The translations under genes and the position numbers were made by a program. Below are positions 18,410 through 28,748 of a stretch of 64,000 nucleotides of DNA, in pieces. Under the pieces are notes generated by a model that worked only from the letters and a program-made list of their open reading frames with translations, had not been told where the DNA came from and searched no databases. How positions within the stretch are numbered: the stretch's first letter is position 1; each line of letters starts with the position of its first letter. Where the stretch lies: positions 1,344,001 to 1,408,000 of the forward strand of contig CAVSCK010000004.1 of NCBI GenBank assembly GCA_963726455.1, read 5' to 3'. This DNA is from an uncultured bacterium. Lineage in GTDB: Bacteria > Zixibacteria > MSB-5A5 > CAIYYT01.

Positions 18410-19556
18410 GGTAATAGTCCGCCTGCATCAACTTGTGAATCTCGCGGGTACCCTCGTAAATCGCGGCGCCTTTGGAGTTGCGGAAAAAGCGTTCGACTGG
18501 ATACTCGTCCGAGAAGCCGTAGGCGCCATGAATCTGCACGGCATTGTAGGCGGCTTTCTCCGCCTGATCGGTGCAGAACCATTTCGCGAGGGAAGTTTCA
18601 CGGGTAGAACGCAGCCCTTTGTTCTTGAGCCACCCGGCTTTCATCCAGAGCAGGCGTCCGGCGTCGTATCCGTAAATCATCTCGGCGAACATCTCTTTGA
18701 CCAATTGGTGATGGTCGATTGTCTGTGTGAAGGTCTTGCGGGTCGAAGAGTATTCCTTACTGGCATCCAAACAGGCACGGATCAGGCCGGTCGATCCGGC
18801 GGCGACGGTGTAGCGCCCGCCGTCGAGGCAGGACATCGCAATCTTGAATCCCTCTCCTTCCATTCCCAGCAGGTTCGCCTTCGGGACTTCAACATCCTGC
18901 ATGGCAACCCAACCGGTCACACCCGCGCGCACACCGAGTTTGCCAGGGATCGAGCCGGTCGTGACGCCGGGAAATTTGCGCTCGACAATAAACGCTGACA
19001 GTCCGGTGTGGTCGCGCTTCTTCTGTTTGTCGGTGTCGGACCACGCGAAGATCAGGAAGTTGTCGGCAACATCGGAAAGCGAAATCCACATTTTTTCGCC
19101 ATTGAGAATGTATTTGTCGCCGGTCTTCTTGGCGGTCGTGAGAATGCCGACGGCATCTGAACCGGCAGCGGGTTCGGTCAGGCCAAAGGTTGCTATCTGC
19201 TCGCCCTTGGCCTGCGGCACCAGATATTTCTGTTTCTGCTCCTCGGTGCCCCAGGTGTAGATCGCCAGCGAGTTCAATCCGATATGCACCGAGAACGCGA
19301 CTCGCGCCGAGGTGTCGACGTATTCCATTTCCTCGCAGACTAATCCGAGGGCAATATAGTCCAAGCCCATGCCGCCGTATTTTTCCGGAATGCAGATTCC
19401 GAGCAGGTCGGCTTCTTTGAGACGTTTGATAAACTCCGGATCGTATTTCTGGTGCCGATCCAATTCGGCGATCTCCGGCTTGAGGTATTTTTGCGCAACG
19501 TCGCGCGCCAGTTCGGCCGCGGTTTTATGGTCATCAGTCAATTCGAAATCGATCAT
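18354..19556 (-). CDS. Acyl-CoA dehydrogenase
   Basis: FGLTEPAAGSD, YILNGEKMWIS, AVQIHGAYG and IYEGTREI motifs. Substrate cannot be determined. Confidence 0.95.
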   Translation of the reverse strand: MIDFELTDDHKTAAELARDVAQKYLKPEIAELDRHQKYDPEFIKRLKEADLLGICIPEKYGGMGLDYIALGLVCEEMEYVDTSARVAFSVHIGLNSLAIYTWGTEEQKQKYLVPQAKGEQIATFGLTEPAAGSDAVGILTTAKKTGDKYILNGEKMWISLSDVADNFLIFAWSDTDKQKKRDHTGLSAFIVERKFPGVTTGSIPGKLGVRAGVTGWVAMQDVEVPKANLLGMEGEGFKIAMSCLDGGRYTVAAGSTGLIRACLDASKEYSSTRKTFTQTIDHHQLVKEMFAEMIYGYDAGRLLWMKAGWLKNKGLRSTRETSLAKWFCTDQAEKAAYNAVQIHGAYGFSDEYPVERFFRNSKGAAIYEGTREIHKLMQADYYLGFRHNHDVRCLLPKWEG

Positions 19557-19659
19557 TTCTTACTCCCTCATCTTTTGCTCTTAAGGGCATACGGCATCAA
19601 GAACTGCAAGCAATAAAAGCCGCACAAAGCCCGGGCGCAATGACAGAGATACGGAAGAC

Positions 19660-20760
19660 GTGCTTTTGCGGGACAAGCAATTACGGCTTGCCAAAAGGCG
19701 GCCTGCGAGCGATAATTCGGTCGTGATTCGTGGGATCGCCACCGCCGCAGTCTGTTTTCTGATATTCACTGCAAAGATTATCGCTCTCCAGCTTGATTCC
19801 GGCTATGTCGCTACCGTGCGGGAAGGAATCAACTTGACTCTGAATGAGCGATTTGACGAAGCCAAGAAACTGTACCAGGGCTTGATCGTGCGGGACACGA
19901 CGGATTGTGCCGCTTATCTGTTTCTGGCCGGCGCCTGGCATGCCGAGATGTTCGACCGCGAGGACTATAGTAATCAACCGCAGTTCGATAGTTTGATTGA
20001 AAAGGCAATAAGTCTGGCTGACCGAGCGATAAAGGAGAATCGCAATCCTGCGTGGGCACATCTGGCCAAAGGGAATGCGTACGCCTACATCGCGACACTG
20101 GAGACCAGAACCGGGTCATGGTGGGGAGCACTGCGCAAGGGGCTGGCGGCCAAAGGCGAATATCTCGAAGTGCTGAAGCTTGAGCCGCGCCTGTATGACA
20201 CGTATCTCGGACTCGGAAGTTATCATTACTGGAAATCAGCCAAGACGGAATTTATCAACTGGATACCGCTGGTTCCTGATCGTCGGGATGAAGGTATCGC
20301 GGAATTGCAGATCGCCGTCGACTCGTCGCTATTCTGCAACGATGTGGCCGCCAACTCGCTGGTATGGATCTATCTTCACAGCGGCCGCGCGGGCAAGGCG
20401 TATGATATCGCCGCCGGACTGCACAGCAAATTTCCGGACAGTCGCCTGTTCACCTGGGGGATGGCGTTCTCCAGCTATTATTGCGGCCAACTGGCGGAGT
20501 CGGCGGACTATTTCGGCAAGATTCTGGAGATGATCGAAAACCAGCCGGGGCAAAACAATTTCAATACCGTCGAATGCCGGTATCATCGCGCGGAAATATT
20601 TCACTCACTGCACCAGAATGATCGGGCTTTAGAGGAACTGCGAATTCTCCTGGGTTATCCTCTCAGCGACGATGTCAAGGATCGGCAGAAACACACTCTC
20701 CAAAGGGCGCGGGAATCTATTGGAGCAGTTGCAGGCCAAGTAACTGCGTTGCCTGCCTAG
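19660..20760 (+). CDS. Secreted TPR-repeat protein
   Basis: Hydrophobic N-terminal segment and helical repeats such as YLEVLKLEPRLYDTYLGLGSYHYW. Start codon uncertain. Confidence 0.7.
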   Translation: MLLRDKQLRLAKRRPASDNSVVIRGIATAAVCFLIFTAKIIALQLDSGYVATVREGINLTLNERFDEAKKLYQGLIVRDTTDCAAYLFLAGAWHAEMFDREDYSNQPQFDSLIEKAISLADRAIKENRNPAWAHLAKGNAYAYIATLETRTGSWWGALRKGLAAKGEYLEVLKLEPRLYDTYLGLGSYHYWKSAKTEFINWIPLVPDRRDEGIAELQIAVDSSLFCNDVAANSLVWIYLHSGRAGKAYDIAAGLHSKFPDSRLFTWGMAFSSYYCGQLAESADYFGKILEMIENQPGQNNFNTVECRYHRAEIFHSLHQNDRALEELRILLGYPLSDDVKDRQKHTLQRARESIGAVAGQVTALPA

Positions 20761-21467
20761 GTACTGCGATTTCGCAAGACGGCGAACTTCTCCATAGCCG
20801 CCGAGGCGATCAAGCTGGTAGCCAAGTCAATTGAAATCGTCTGATGATTGATCACCAGGTCGTAGTAGATCGGGTCGTCGATCGACTTGCCGAAAGTCTC
20901 CTTAATAAAGTGGCTGCGTTCGTGGTCTGTCAGATCGACTTGTTCGGTCGCCTGTTTCTCGGTCAGGTTCTCATACTGCATCAGGTTTTGTATGCGAATG
21001 TCGCGCGGGGCGATCACGCGGATATGAAATCCGAGTTCATGCCCGACGATGAAATTCGCGCCTCTGCCGACCACAACCACTCCGCCCAGCCGCGAAACCG
21101 TGTAGATGATTGCCAGCAGATGTTTCATGTAGTCCGTGTGGTCCAGATACTTGCCGCGCAGCATCCCCTCGAACCACATTTCCATTTGCGAGTGCGAATG
21201 TTCATCAAGTGATTCGATGATGCGGCGCTTGTAGCCGGTCGATTCCACCATGCGGTCGATGATGTCGCGGTCCAACAGGGTGTAATTGAATTTCTCCGCC
21301 AGTTTTCTGGCAATGACGGTTCCACTGCTGCCACGCTGCCGTGAGATGGTTATCACGGGCTGGTGCGTTTCCTGCAGGGCTTTGCCGGTCACTTCCGCCG
21401 CACGAATCGATTTTTCGAGTTCCCAACGGCGCAACTGTCGGTCAATAATAGCTTCTATCGAGGTCAT
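20757..21467 (-). CDS. Cytidylate kinase-like family protein
   Basis: VITISRQRGSSG..IA..LA, VVVGRGANF, D.ER..F...FG..IDDPIYYDLVIN. ATG at 21467 preceded by AAGGGG. Confidence 0.85.
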   Translation of the reverse strand: MTSIEAIIDRQLRRWELEKSIRAAEVTGKALQETHQPVITISRQRGSSGTVIARKLAEKFNYTLLDRDIIDRMVESTGYKRRIIESLDEHSHSQMEMWFEGMLRGKYLDHTDYMKHLLAIIYTVSRLGGVVVVGRGANFIVGHELGFHIRVIAPRDIRIQNLMQYENLTEKQATEQVDLTDHERSHFIKETFGKSIDDPIYYDLVINHQTISIDLATSLIASAAMEKFAVLRNRST

Positions 21468-21723
21468 ATATTTCCCCTTCTCTTGATTCGCCCAGTAAAT
21501 ATACGTCCAGCAAGAGCAAGCGACAAAGACAAAGTACAATATCCGCACGGTTCTGCCATTTCTTTGACGAGCAAAGTCGGGCTGCATCGGAAATCAGGCG
21601 CCAGCAACAGTCCGGATAGCCCAGAATTGCAACTTCATCGAGTGGTTTTCGTTAGTTCCTATTGACAGACGCTGATTCTTGATTAACTTAGAAGTTACAT
21701 CTACTTTCCTAAAGGAACAATCT

Positions 21724-23979
21724 ATGACAGACTGCAAATGCTTGAAAAGCTATCCTTGCGTCATTCTGCTAATACTGTTTCTGATGGCCGCCACAGCGCC
21801 GGCCCAGCAGAATGCGAATTCCGCCAAATGGACTGAAGGAGCCAACGTCAAGATCAACCATGATGCCAGCATCGGGCTTCAAAACGAGGCAGCTTGCGCG
21901 ATTCTGCCATCCAATCCGGACAATGCGGTGGCCATCTGGCGCGACTTCCGGTTGGGATTCCGTCGTATCGGTGTCGGAACCACTGCCGATGCAGGAAGCA
22001 ACTGGTCGGATTCTCTTCTCGTGGGCACGACGAGCTATCCGCGCGCATCCGACCCGGTAATGAGCTACACCGCCGATGGTGATATACTGGCGTGTGTGCT
22101 CTCATTGTCGCCGGATGAATCCATCAGCGCAATTCATGTGTATCGATCCACCAACGCCGGCGCCAGTTGGTCAGCGCCGCTCGCGGCAGTAGATGATGGA
22201 GGCGCGTCAGGATTCGAAGACAAACAGTGGATCAATGTCGACCGAACTAACAGCCCGTTTCGGAATCGGGTGTATATCCCGTGGACACGGTTTGGCGCCA
22301 ATACCAACATCATGCTGGTCTATAATGAGTCGCCGAGCCAATACTCGCAGCCGGTTCAGGTATCGGATTTTCCGAGCGTGCAGTGGCCGAGTGTTGCGAT
22401 TGGCCCGGATGGCACAGTGTACGTCGCGTGGATTTCGTTTTATTTCGGACGAATCATGATCGACCGCTCCTATGACGGCGGATCGAGCTTTAACATTGAC
22501 GGAACGGTGACGTCGATCGGCCTCACGAACAATGTAATTAACGGCGGCATCCTGGTGTTTGCCTACCCCGCAATGGATATTGATATCAGCGGCGGAGTGT
22601 ATAGCGGCAACGTCTACATCGCCTACAGCGACTATGCAGCCGATGGTGATCTAGACCTGTTCGTCCGCCGGTCGACCGATCAGGGATTCACCTGGTCAAG
22701 CCCGGTACGTATCAATGACGATCCCATAGGAAACCATGTCGATCAGTTCCACCCCTGGATTACTGTGGACGAGGACGGCATCCTGACCGCGACCTGGCTT
22801 GACCGCCGCCTGGATCCCAACAACTACAATTGGGATACCTACATGGCGCATTCCTTTGATGGCGGGCAGACCTGGACGGCCAATCGCCGTATCTCCGAGG
22901 TGTCGTCATCGCCGTCGTACGCTGCCAAGCAGACGCTTGACGTGCAATATGCGGCGCTGAACCTGCCGGGCAAGCCGGCCGGTGAACCATACAATGCTGC
23001 CCGCAGCCCGATGGCGGGATTGATCGGCGAGTATTTGGCACTGTCCACGCGTTCAGGAATGGCTCAAGTCATTTGGCCTGACACCAGAAACGGTAATCAA
23101 GATGTCTACAGTGCGCGCGTCACTATTGGATTTTCCGCGCCGCCACTCTATTTGCCGGCGAAGGATGCGATCACGAATAATAATCAGCCGACCTTCCACT
23201 GGGGAAACTCCGGAGCGAGTCCGGCGCAGATCGCACAATTTCCCAACACCAAAGTACAGCCGCTACATTACGTGTTGCAGGTTGATGATGACTCATTGTT
23301 TGGATCGATCGATTTTGCCCAATCGGGGATTGCCACGACGAGCCATCAGTTTGCAGGGGTAATACCTGACGGCCTCTGGTTCTGGCGTGTGTATGCCGTG
23401 AATGATTCGGGAAGAACGACGGGATTCTCGGAGCCGGGCCGCAGACTTACGATCGACACGCAGGCGCCGGCACTGCCCACTATTCTCAAGCCGGAACCAG
23501 ATTCGCTGGTTGACTATCAAACTCAGGTCTACCAATGGACAGCCGTCTTAAAGCTATTGCCGGCAACGCCCGTGAAGTATCAGATCCAGATCTCGCAGGA
23601 TTCGACATTCGTCACGGCGCCGATTTCGGTCGCGAATCTTTCCACAACAACATACACCAACTCGGTAGCTTTGCTGCCGGATGCTACCTATTATTGTCGC
23701 GTTTCAGCCACGGATGCTGCGACAAACACCAGTGGCTTCACAGCTCCGCGCCGGTTTCATACCAGAGCGTCATATGTTTGCGGCGACGCCGATCACAGTG
23801 GCGCTGTCGATATATCTGATGCCGTGTACCTGATCGCCTACATTTTCTCCGGTGGAGCCGCGCCGAATCCATTGGCGGCCGGGGACCCTGATTGCAGTGG
23901 TTCGGTAGATATTTCGGACGTGGTTTTCCTGATCGCGTACATATTTTCCGGGGGCCCGGCGCCTTGCAGCGCGTGCTGA
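21724..23979 (+). CDS. Secreted BNR/Asp-box (sialidase-like propeller) protein with two FN3/Ig-like domains and a C-terminal dockerin
   Basis: Signal peptide; Asp-boxes STNAGASW, SYDGGSSF, STDQGFTW and SFDGGQTW; two domains with Y.LQV/I..D..F and W/Y.RV.A patterns; duplicated Ca-loop CGDADHSGAVDISDAVYLIAYIF...GDPDCSGSVDISDVVFLIAYIF. Confidence 0.85.
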   Translation: MTDCKCLKSYPCVILLILFLMAATAPAQQNANSAKWTEGANVKINHDASIGLQNEAACAILPSNPDNAVAIWRDFRLGFRRIGVGTTADAGSNWSDSLLVGTTSYPRASDPVMSYTADGDILACVLSLSPDESISAIHVYRSTNAGASWSAPLAAVDDGGASGFEDKQWINVDRTNSPFRNRVYIPWTRFGANTNIMLVYNESPSQYSQPVQVSDFPSVQWPSVAIGPDGTVYVAWISFYFGRIMIDRSYDGGSSFNIDGTVTSIGLTNNVINGGILVFAYPAMDIDISGGVYSGNVYIAYSDYAADGDLDLFVRRSTDQGFTWSSPVRINDDPIGNHVDQFHPWITVDEDGILTATWLDRRLDPNNYNWDTYMAHSFDGGQTWTANRRISEVSSSPSYAAKQTLDVQYAALNLPGKPAGEPYNAARSPMAGLIGEYLALSTRSGMAQVIWPDTRNGNQDVYSARVTIGFSAPPLYLPAKDAITNNNQPTFHWGNSGASPAQIAQFPNTKVQPLHYVLQVDDDSLFGSIDFAQSGIATTSHQFAGVIPDGLWFWRVYAVNDSGRTTGFSEPGRRLTIDTQAPALPTILKPEPDSLVDYQTQVYQWTAVLKLLPATPVKYQIQISQDSTFVTAPISVANLSTTTYTNSVALLPDATYYCRVSATDAATNTSGFTAPRRFHTRASYVCGDADHSGAVDISDAVYLIAYIFSGGAAPNPLAAGDPDCSGSVDISDVVFLIAYIFSGGPAPCSAC

Positions 23980-24060
23980 TTTACTAGCGGATTAGCCGGA
24001 CCGGAAAATGATTGATTTGAGGGCCAAGTCTTAACGGCTTGGCCCTCTTCTTCTTGGTAG

Positions 24061-24399
24061 TCAGCTAATTTCGACGAAAAGGCTCTCATCTTCGATGATG
24101 ACCGGATAGGTTTTCAGACTTGCCCACGACTCAGTCAGACAGGTTCCGGTCGGAATGTCATACTGCCAACCATGTGCGGGACATGTAATTGTGGTTCCTG
24201 AAATCGTGCCGTGGGCGATCGACGCCTTCATGTGCTTGCAGTCCGCCTCCAGACCGTAAAACGTGCCGGCGATATGGAAGACAGCGACTCGGCGAGCCAG
24301 AACCTTGATGGTCCTGGATTCACCCTCGGCAAGCTCCCGGACTGTGCAGACTCGAACCTTCACTCTCCCAATATAGGTCATGTTGGCACTCAGTTCCAT
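24061..24399 (-). CDS. Rieske [2Fe-2S] ferredoxin
   Basis: CKH...ITCPAHGWQYDIPTG Rieske ligand motifs. Confidence 0.88.
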   Translation of the reverse strand: MELSANMTYIGRVKVRVCTVRELAEGESRTIKVLARRVAVFHIAGTFYGLEADCKHMKASIAHGTISGTTITCPAHGWQYDIPTGTCLTESWASLKTYPVIIEDESLFVEIS

Positions 24400-24632
24400 G
24401 AGTTTGCGGGGACAGTTCCGAACAATGCCGTGCTAGAATGGGTAATTTCGACTCCAGAGGCATTGAATCTCGGCGGTCGAAGTGGTCTGTCAATGCCAGT
24501 GTTTCCGGCCGGATTTCTGACTCCGGAGCTTATATACCCGAATGTGGGAAACGTCCGATAGGATGCCAACGTATCCTGATGAAAAACAAGAGATTAAATG
24601 CTCACAAATACTGCGGATTTGACAAAAAACGC

Positions 24633-24661
24633 TTGACAAATAGCCCCCATTAATTCATATT
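24633..24661 (+). promoter_or_regulatory. Putative sigma70 promoter
   Basis: TTGACA-17 bp-CATATT in an AT-rich segment ~410 bp upstream of the giant gene. Confidence 0.4.
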
Positions 24662-25070
24662 AGGATAAATTTGCACCGGTACTTCTAAAGTACTTCATAA
24701 ACGAAATTAGTTATAGGAATTTGCGGTGATGGGCTGGGTGGTCTTCAGAGAGTATTGTATCGATGAAGTTGACGGGATTGACGCGAAAGTCAGAGACTAA
24801 AAGGCGGAGCGAACTTTCCGAATTGTGATGTCGCTCGTCTCCGGGTTTCCCTGTTCCGTCCGGTGAAGTAACTGATTGTAGTCTAAACAGAGTGGAGAGT
24901 CAAGCGGCACAAACGTTATCGTGTACTCAAATCTGTCGCGGTTAGCAGCCGCACAAGTGGGGTCTTAACGCTCAGGGAGAAGTGTACCCTGGGGATATTA
25001 TTTGGAGCACTATTTTTCGTGAATCAAGAATACAACATCCTCTCAGAACCTTTGGGACATTGGAGTCATT

Positions 25071-28000
25071 ATGAGCAGGTCTTGGCTTAGACTAACACTC
25101 CTCTTCGTTGTCAGTCTAACTGGAGTTCTACTTACCTCTTCAGCGTACGCAGCCAGCGTTGCCACCGACACGACAGATTACGCGCCCGGTGACACCGTTT
25201 TCGTTAGTGGCAGCGGTTTCGGACCGAACGAGACAGTTCGCGTTCAGATAAGTCATGTTGATACGACCGTAGTCGGCCTGGGACATGACCCGTGGAATGT
25301 CACCACCGACGCCGCCGGTGCATTCGCTACGAAGTGGTATGTGGATTACGATGACAACGTCGACGCGTTGCTGCTGGTCAAAGCCGATGGACTGACGTCG
25401 CTGCTGCATGCCGATACGCTCATTGTCGACTGCAATGTAGACCTGCGGCTACTGAATTGGCATGAGCATGATTCAATTTGTCCGGGTGGAACTAAGCAAA
25501 TTGTGGCGAATCTGCGGCAGGACTGCGGCTCCAAGTCCTACGCCCCGCTGGCCGGAAGAAAGCTCATATTCTTCGTAAATCCGGGCAACTGTGGCGTCAA
25601 CCAAGGGCAAAACGGTGACACGGTTATTACCGACGCCAACGGCAATGCATATTACACGATGACGGCGCCAAATACTCCGGGAGTGGCGTCGGTTCGTGTC
25701 AAATTCCTGGGCGAACCCAAGCCGAGTCCCTGCCCCTATCCGGGCAACAGCCCTTGTTTTCCAAATGACCCAAACTCGAATAAGAGATGTACCCAGCTTT
25801 CCGCGGTAAATACCTGCAACACCATAACCGTGGGAACGAGCGGCCATGCTCCGGTTGCCAATGCGGGCAGAGATACGACTGTCTTCCAATGTGCGGTGGC
25901 GCCGATCAGCATAGCGGCTAGTTGCTCTGACGTGGACGGCAACCTTGCGAGTTGTCAGTTGATCAGCGGTCCGGGAAGTTATAACGGCTCTGCAATCGTG
26001 TTCACTCCCAGCGGCGCCGGCACCTTCACGTTCATACTTAAGGCAACTGACGGCTGTGGAATGACGGATTATGATACGTCTGTTGCGACGGTCACTCTGA
26101 ATAGAGCCCCGGTTGCGAATGCGGGCAGAGACACTACTTTGGCACAGTGCACTCCGGCGGTGATTAGTATTGCGGCGAATTGCTCTGATCCTGACGGCAA
26201 CCTGTCGACCTGCCAGTTGACCAGCGGACTTGGGACGTATAATGGTACCGCGATTGTGTTCACGCCGACGGGTTCGGGTACATACACGTTCATATTGAAA
26301 GCGACCGATGCCTGCGGCGCGATAGACTATGACACCTCGGTTGCTCACGTGACTTTGAACCAAGCACCAGTTGCCAATGCCGGACGTGATACGACACTAT
26401 CACAATGCACACCGGCTGCAATTAGTATTGCGGCGAACTGTTCCGATCCTGACGGCAATTTGTCGACCTGCCAGTTGTTCAGTGGACCGGGAACCTACAA
26501 CGGTTCTGCTATCGTATTCACGCCGACGGGAAGTGGAACTTACACTTTCATCCTGAAAGCTACCGATGCTTGCGGCGCGACTGACTATGATACTTCTGTA
26601 GCTCATGTGACGCTCAATCAGGCGCCAGTTGCCAATGCCGGCAGAGATACGACGCTGTCACAGTGCACACCTGCTGCAATCAGTATTGCCGCGAACTGCT
26701 CTGATCCTGACGGCAACCTGTCGACCTGCCAGTTGACCAGCGGACTTGGGACATATAATGGTACTGCAATCGTGTTCACGCCGACGGGAAGTGGTACTTA
26801 CACTTTCATCTTGAAGGCCACTGATGCGTGCGGTGCGACAGATTATGACACCTCGGTTGCTTACGTAACTCTGAATCAAGCGCCGGTTGCCAATGCGGGT
26901 AGAGACACGACACTGTCACAATGCACACCTGCTGCAATTAGTATCGCCGCGAACTGTTCTGATCCTGACGGCAACTTGTCGACCTGCCAGTTGAGCAGTG
27001 GACTCGGATCATACAATGGTACAGCGATAGTGTTCACACCGACTGGTTCGGGCACATACACATTCATCCTGAAAGCTACTGATGCCTGCGGCGCGATTGA
27101 CTATGATACTTCAGTTGCTAATGTGACTTTGAATCAGGCACCTGTCGCGAATGCCGGCAGAGACACGACATTATCTCAATGCACACCGGCTGCAATTAGC
27201 ATTGCCGCGAACTGCTCAGATCCTGATGGCAACCTGTCGACCTGCCAGTTGACCAGCGGACTTGGAACTTACAATGGTACAGCGATAGTGTTCACACCGA
27301 GTGGCTCGGGTACGTACACGTTCATATTGAAAGCTACGGATGCCTGTGGCGCGACGGATTATGACACCTCGGTCGCTTATGTGACTTTGAATCAAGCACC
27401 GGTTGCCAATGCGGGACGCGATACGACACTGGCCCAGTGCACACCGGCGGCGATCAGTATAGCCGCGAACTGCTCTGATCCTGATGGCAACCTGTCGACC
27501 TGCCAGTTGACCAGCGGACTCGGATCATACAATGGTTCAGCGATTGTGTTCACGCCGACTGGAAGTGGCACCTACACGTTTATTCTCAAAGCCACCGATG
27601 CTTGCGGTGCGACAGACTATGATACCTCGGTTGCTTACGTAACTCTGAATCAAGCGCCAGTTGCCAATGCGGGTAGAGACACGACGCTGTCACAGTGCAC
27701 ACCTGCTGCAATTAGTATTGCCGCGAACTGCTCTGATCCTGATGGCAACCTGTCCACCTGCCAGTTGACCAGCGGACTTGGAACTTACAATGGTACTGCA
27801 ATCGTGTTCACGCCGACGGGAAGTGGTACTTACACTTTCATCTTGAAGGCCACTGATGCGTGCGGTGCGACAGATTATGACACCTCGGTTGCTTACGTGA
27901 CTCTGAATCAGGCACCGGTTGCCAATGCGGGCAGAGACACGACACTGTCTCAGTGCACACCGGCTGCAATTAGTATCGCCGCAAGCTGCTCTGATCCGGA

Positions 28001-28748
28001 TGGCAACTTGTCGACCTGCCAGTTGTTCAGCGGGCCGGGAACCTACAACGGCACCGCGATTGTGTTCACGCCGACGGGATCAGGTACATACACGTTCATA
28101 TTGAAAGCGACCGATGCTTGCGGCGCGACTGATTATGACACTTCAGTTGCTAATGTGACTTTGAATCAGGCACCAATTGCGAATGCGGGCAGAGATACCA
28201 CACTGTCACAGTGCACACCGGCGGCAATTAGTATCGCTGCCAATTGTTCTGATCCCGATGGCAACCTGTCGACCTGCCAGTTGACTAGCGGTTTCGGGAC
28301 ATATAATGGTACCGCGATTGTGTTCACGCCGACGGGATCAGGTACATACACGTTCATCTTGAAAGCTACTGATGCTTGCGGCGCGACTGATTATGATACT
28401 TCAGTTGCTAATGTGACCTTGAATCAAGCACCAGTTGCGAATGCGGGCAGAGATACCACGCTGTCACAGTGCACACCGGCTGCGATCAGTATTGCCGCCA
28501 ACTGCTCTGATCCTGATGGCAACCTGTCGACCTGCCAGTTGACCAGCGGACCGGGAACCTATAATGGTACCGCAATCGTGTTCACGCCGACTGGTTCAGG
28601 TACCTACACGTTCATCTTGAAAGCTACCGATGCTTGCGGCGCAACAGACTATGATACTTCGGTTGCTTACGTAACTCTTGAATCAAGCGCCTGTCGCCAA
28701 TGCGGGCAGAGACACGACACTGTCACAGTGCACACCGGCTGCAATTAG
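25071..28748 (+). CDS. Giant secreted repeat protein, N-terminal part (one gene 25071..31751 with compensating frameshifts at ~28678 and ~28936)
   Basis: GGAG RBS, signal peptide ending AYA-A, Ig-like N-terminal domains, then 86-aa repeats NQAPVANAGRDTT...SDPDGN...YTFILKATDACG. Confidence 0.85.
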   Translation: MSRSWLRLTLLFVVSLTGVLLTSSAYAASVATDTTDYAPGDTVFVSGSGFGPNETVRVQISHVDTTVVGLGHDPWNVTTDAAGAFATKWYVDYDDNVDALLLVKADGLTSLLHADTLIVDCNVDLRLLNWHEHDSICPGGTKQIVANLRQDCGSKSYAPLAGRKLIFFVNPGNCGVNQGQNGDTVITDANGNAYYTMTAPNTPGVASVRVKFLGEPKPSPCPYPGNSPCFPNDPNSNKRCTQLSAVNTCNTITVGTSGHAPVANAGRDTTVFQCAVAPISIAASCSDVDGNLASCQLISGPGSYNGSAIVFTPSGAGTFTFILKATDGCGMTDYDTSVATVTLNRAPVANAGRDTTLAQCTPAVISIAANCSDPDGNLSTCQLTSGLGTYNGTAIVFTPTGSGTYTFILKATDACGAIDYDTSVAHVTLNQAPVANAGRDTTLSQCTPAAISIAANCSDPDGNLSTCQLFSGPGTYNGSAIVFTPTGSGTYTFILKATDACGATDYDTSVAHVTLNQAPVANAGRDTTLSQCTPAAISIAANCSDPDGNLSTCQLTSGLGTYNGTAIVFTPTGSGTYTFILKATDACGATDYDTSVAYVTLNQAPVANAGRDTTLSQCTPAAISIAANCSDPDGNLSTCQLSSGLGSYNGTAIVFTPTGSGTYTFILKATDACGAIDYDTSVANVTLNQAPVANAGRDTTLSQCTPAAISIAANCSDPDGNLSTCQLTSGLGTYNGTAIVFTPSGSGTYTFILKATDACGATDYDTSVAYVTLNQAPVANAGRDTTLAQCTPAAISIAANCSDPDGNLSTCQLTSGLGSYNGSAIVFTPTGSGTYTFILKATDACGATDYDTSVAYVTLNQAPVANAGRDTTLSQCTPAAISIAANCSDPDGNLSTCQLTSGLGTYNGTAIVFTPTGSGTYTFILKATDACGATDYDTSVAYVTLNQAPVANAGRDTTLSQCTPAAISIAASCSDPDGNLSTCQLFSGPGTYNGTAIVFTPTGSGTYTFILKATDACGATDYDTSVANVTLNQAPIANAGRDTTLSQCTPAAISIAANCSDPDGNLSTCQLTSGFGTYNGTAIVFTPTGSGTYTFILKATDACGATDYDTSVANVTLNQAPVANAGRDTTLSQCTPAAISIAANCSDPDGNLSTCQLTSGPGTYNGTAIVFTPTGSGTYTFILKATDACGATDYDTSVAYVTLESSACRQCGQRHDTVTVHTGCN

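Noticed and set aside
24904-24920. Sigma54 promoter in the giant-gene leader (CGGCACAAACGTTAT)
   Set aside because: It lacks the GC at the -12 position.
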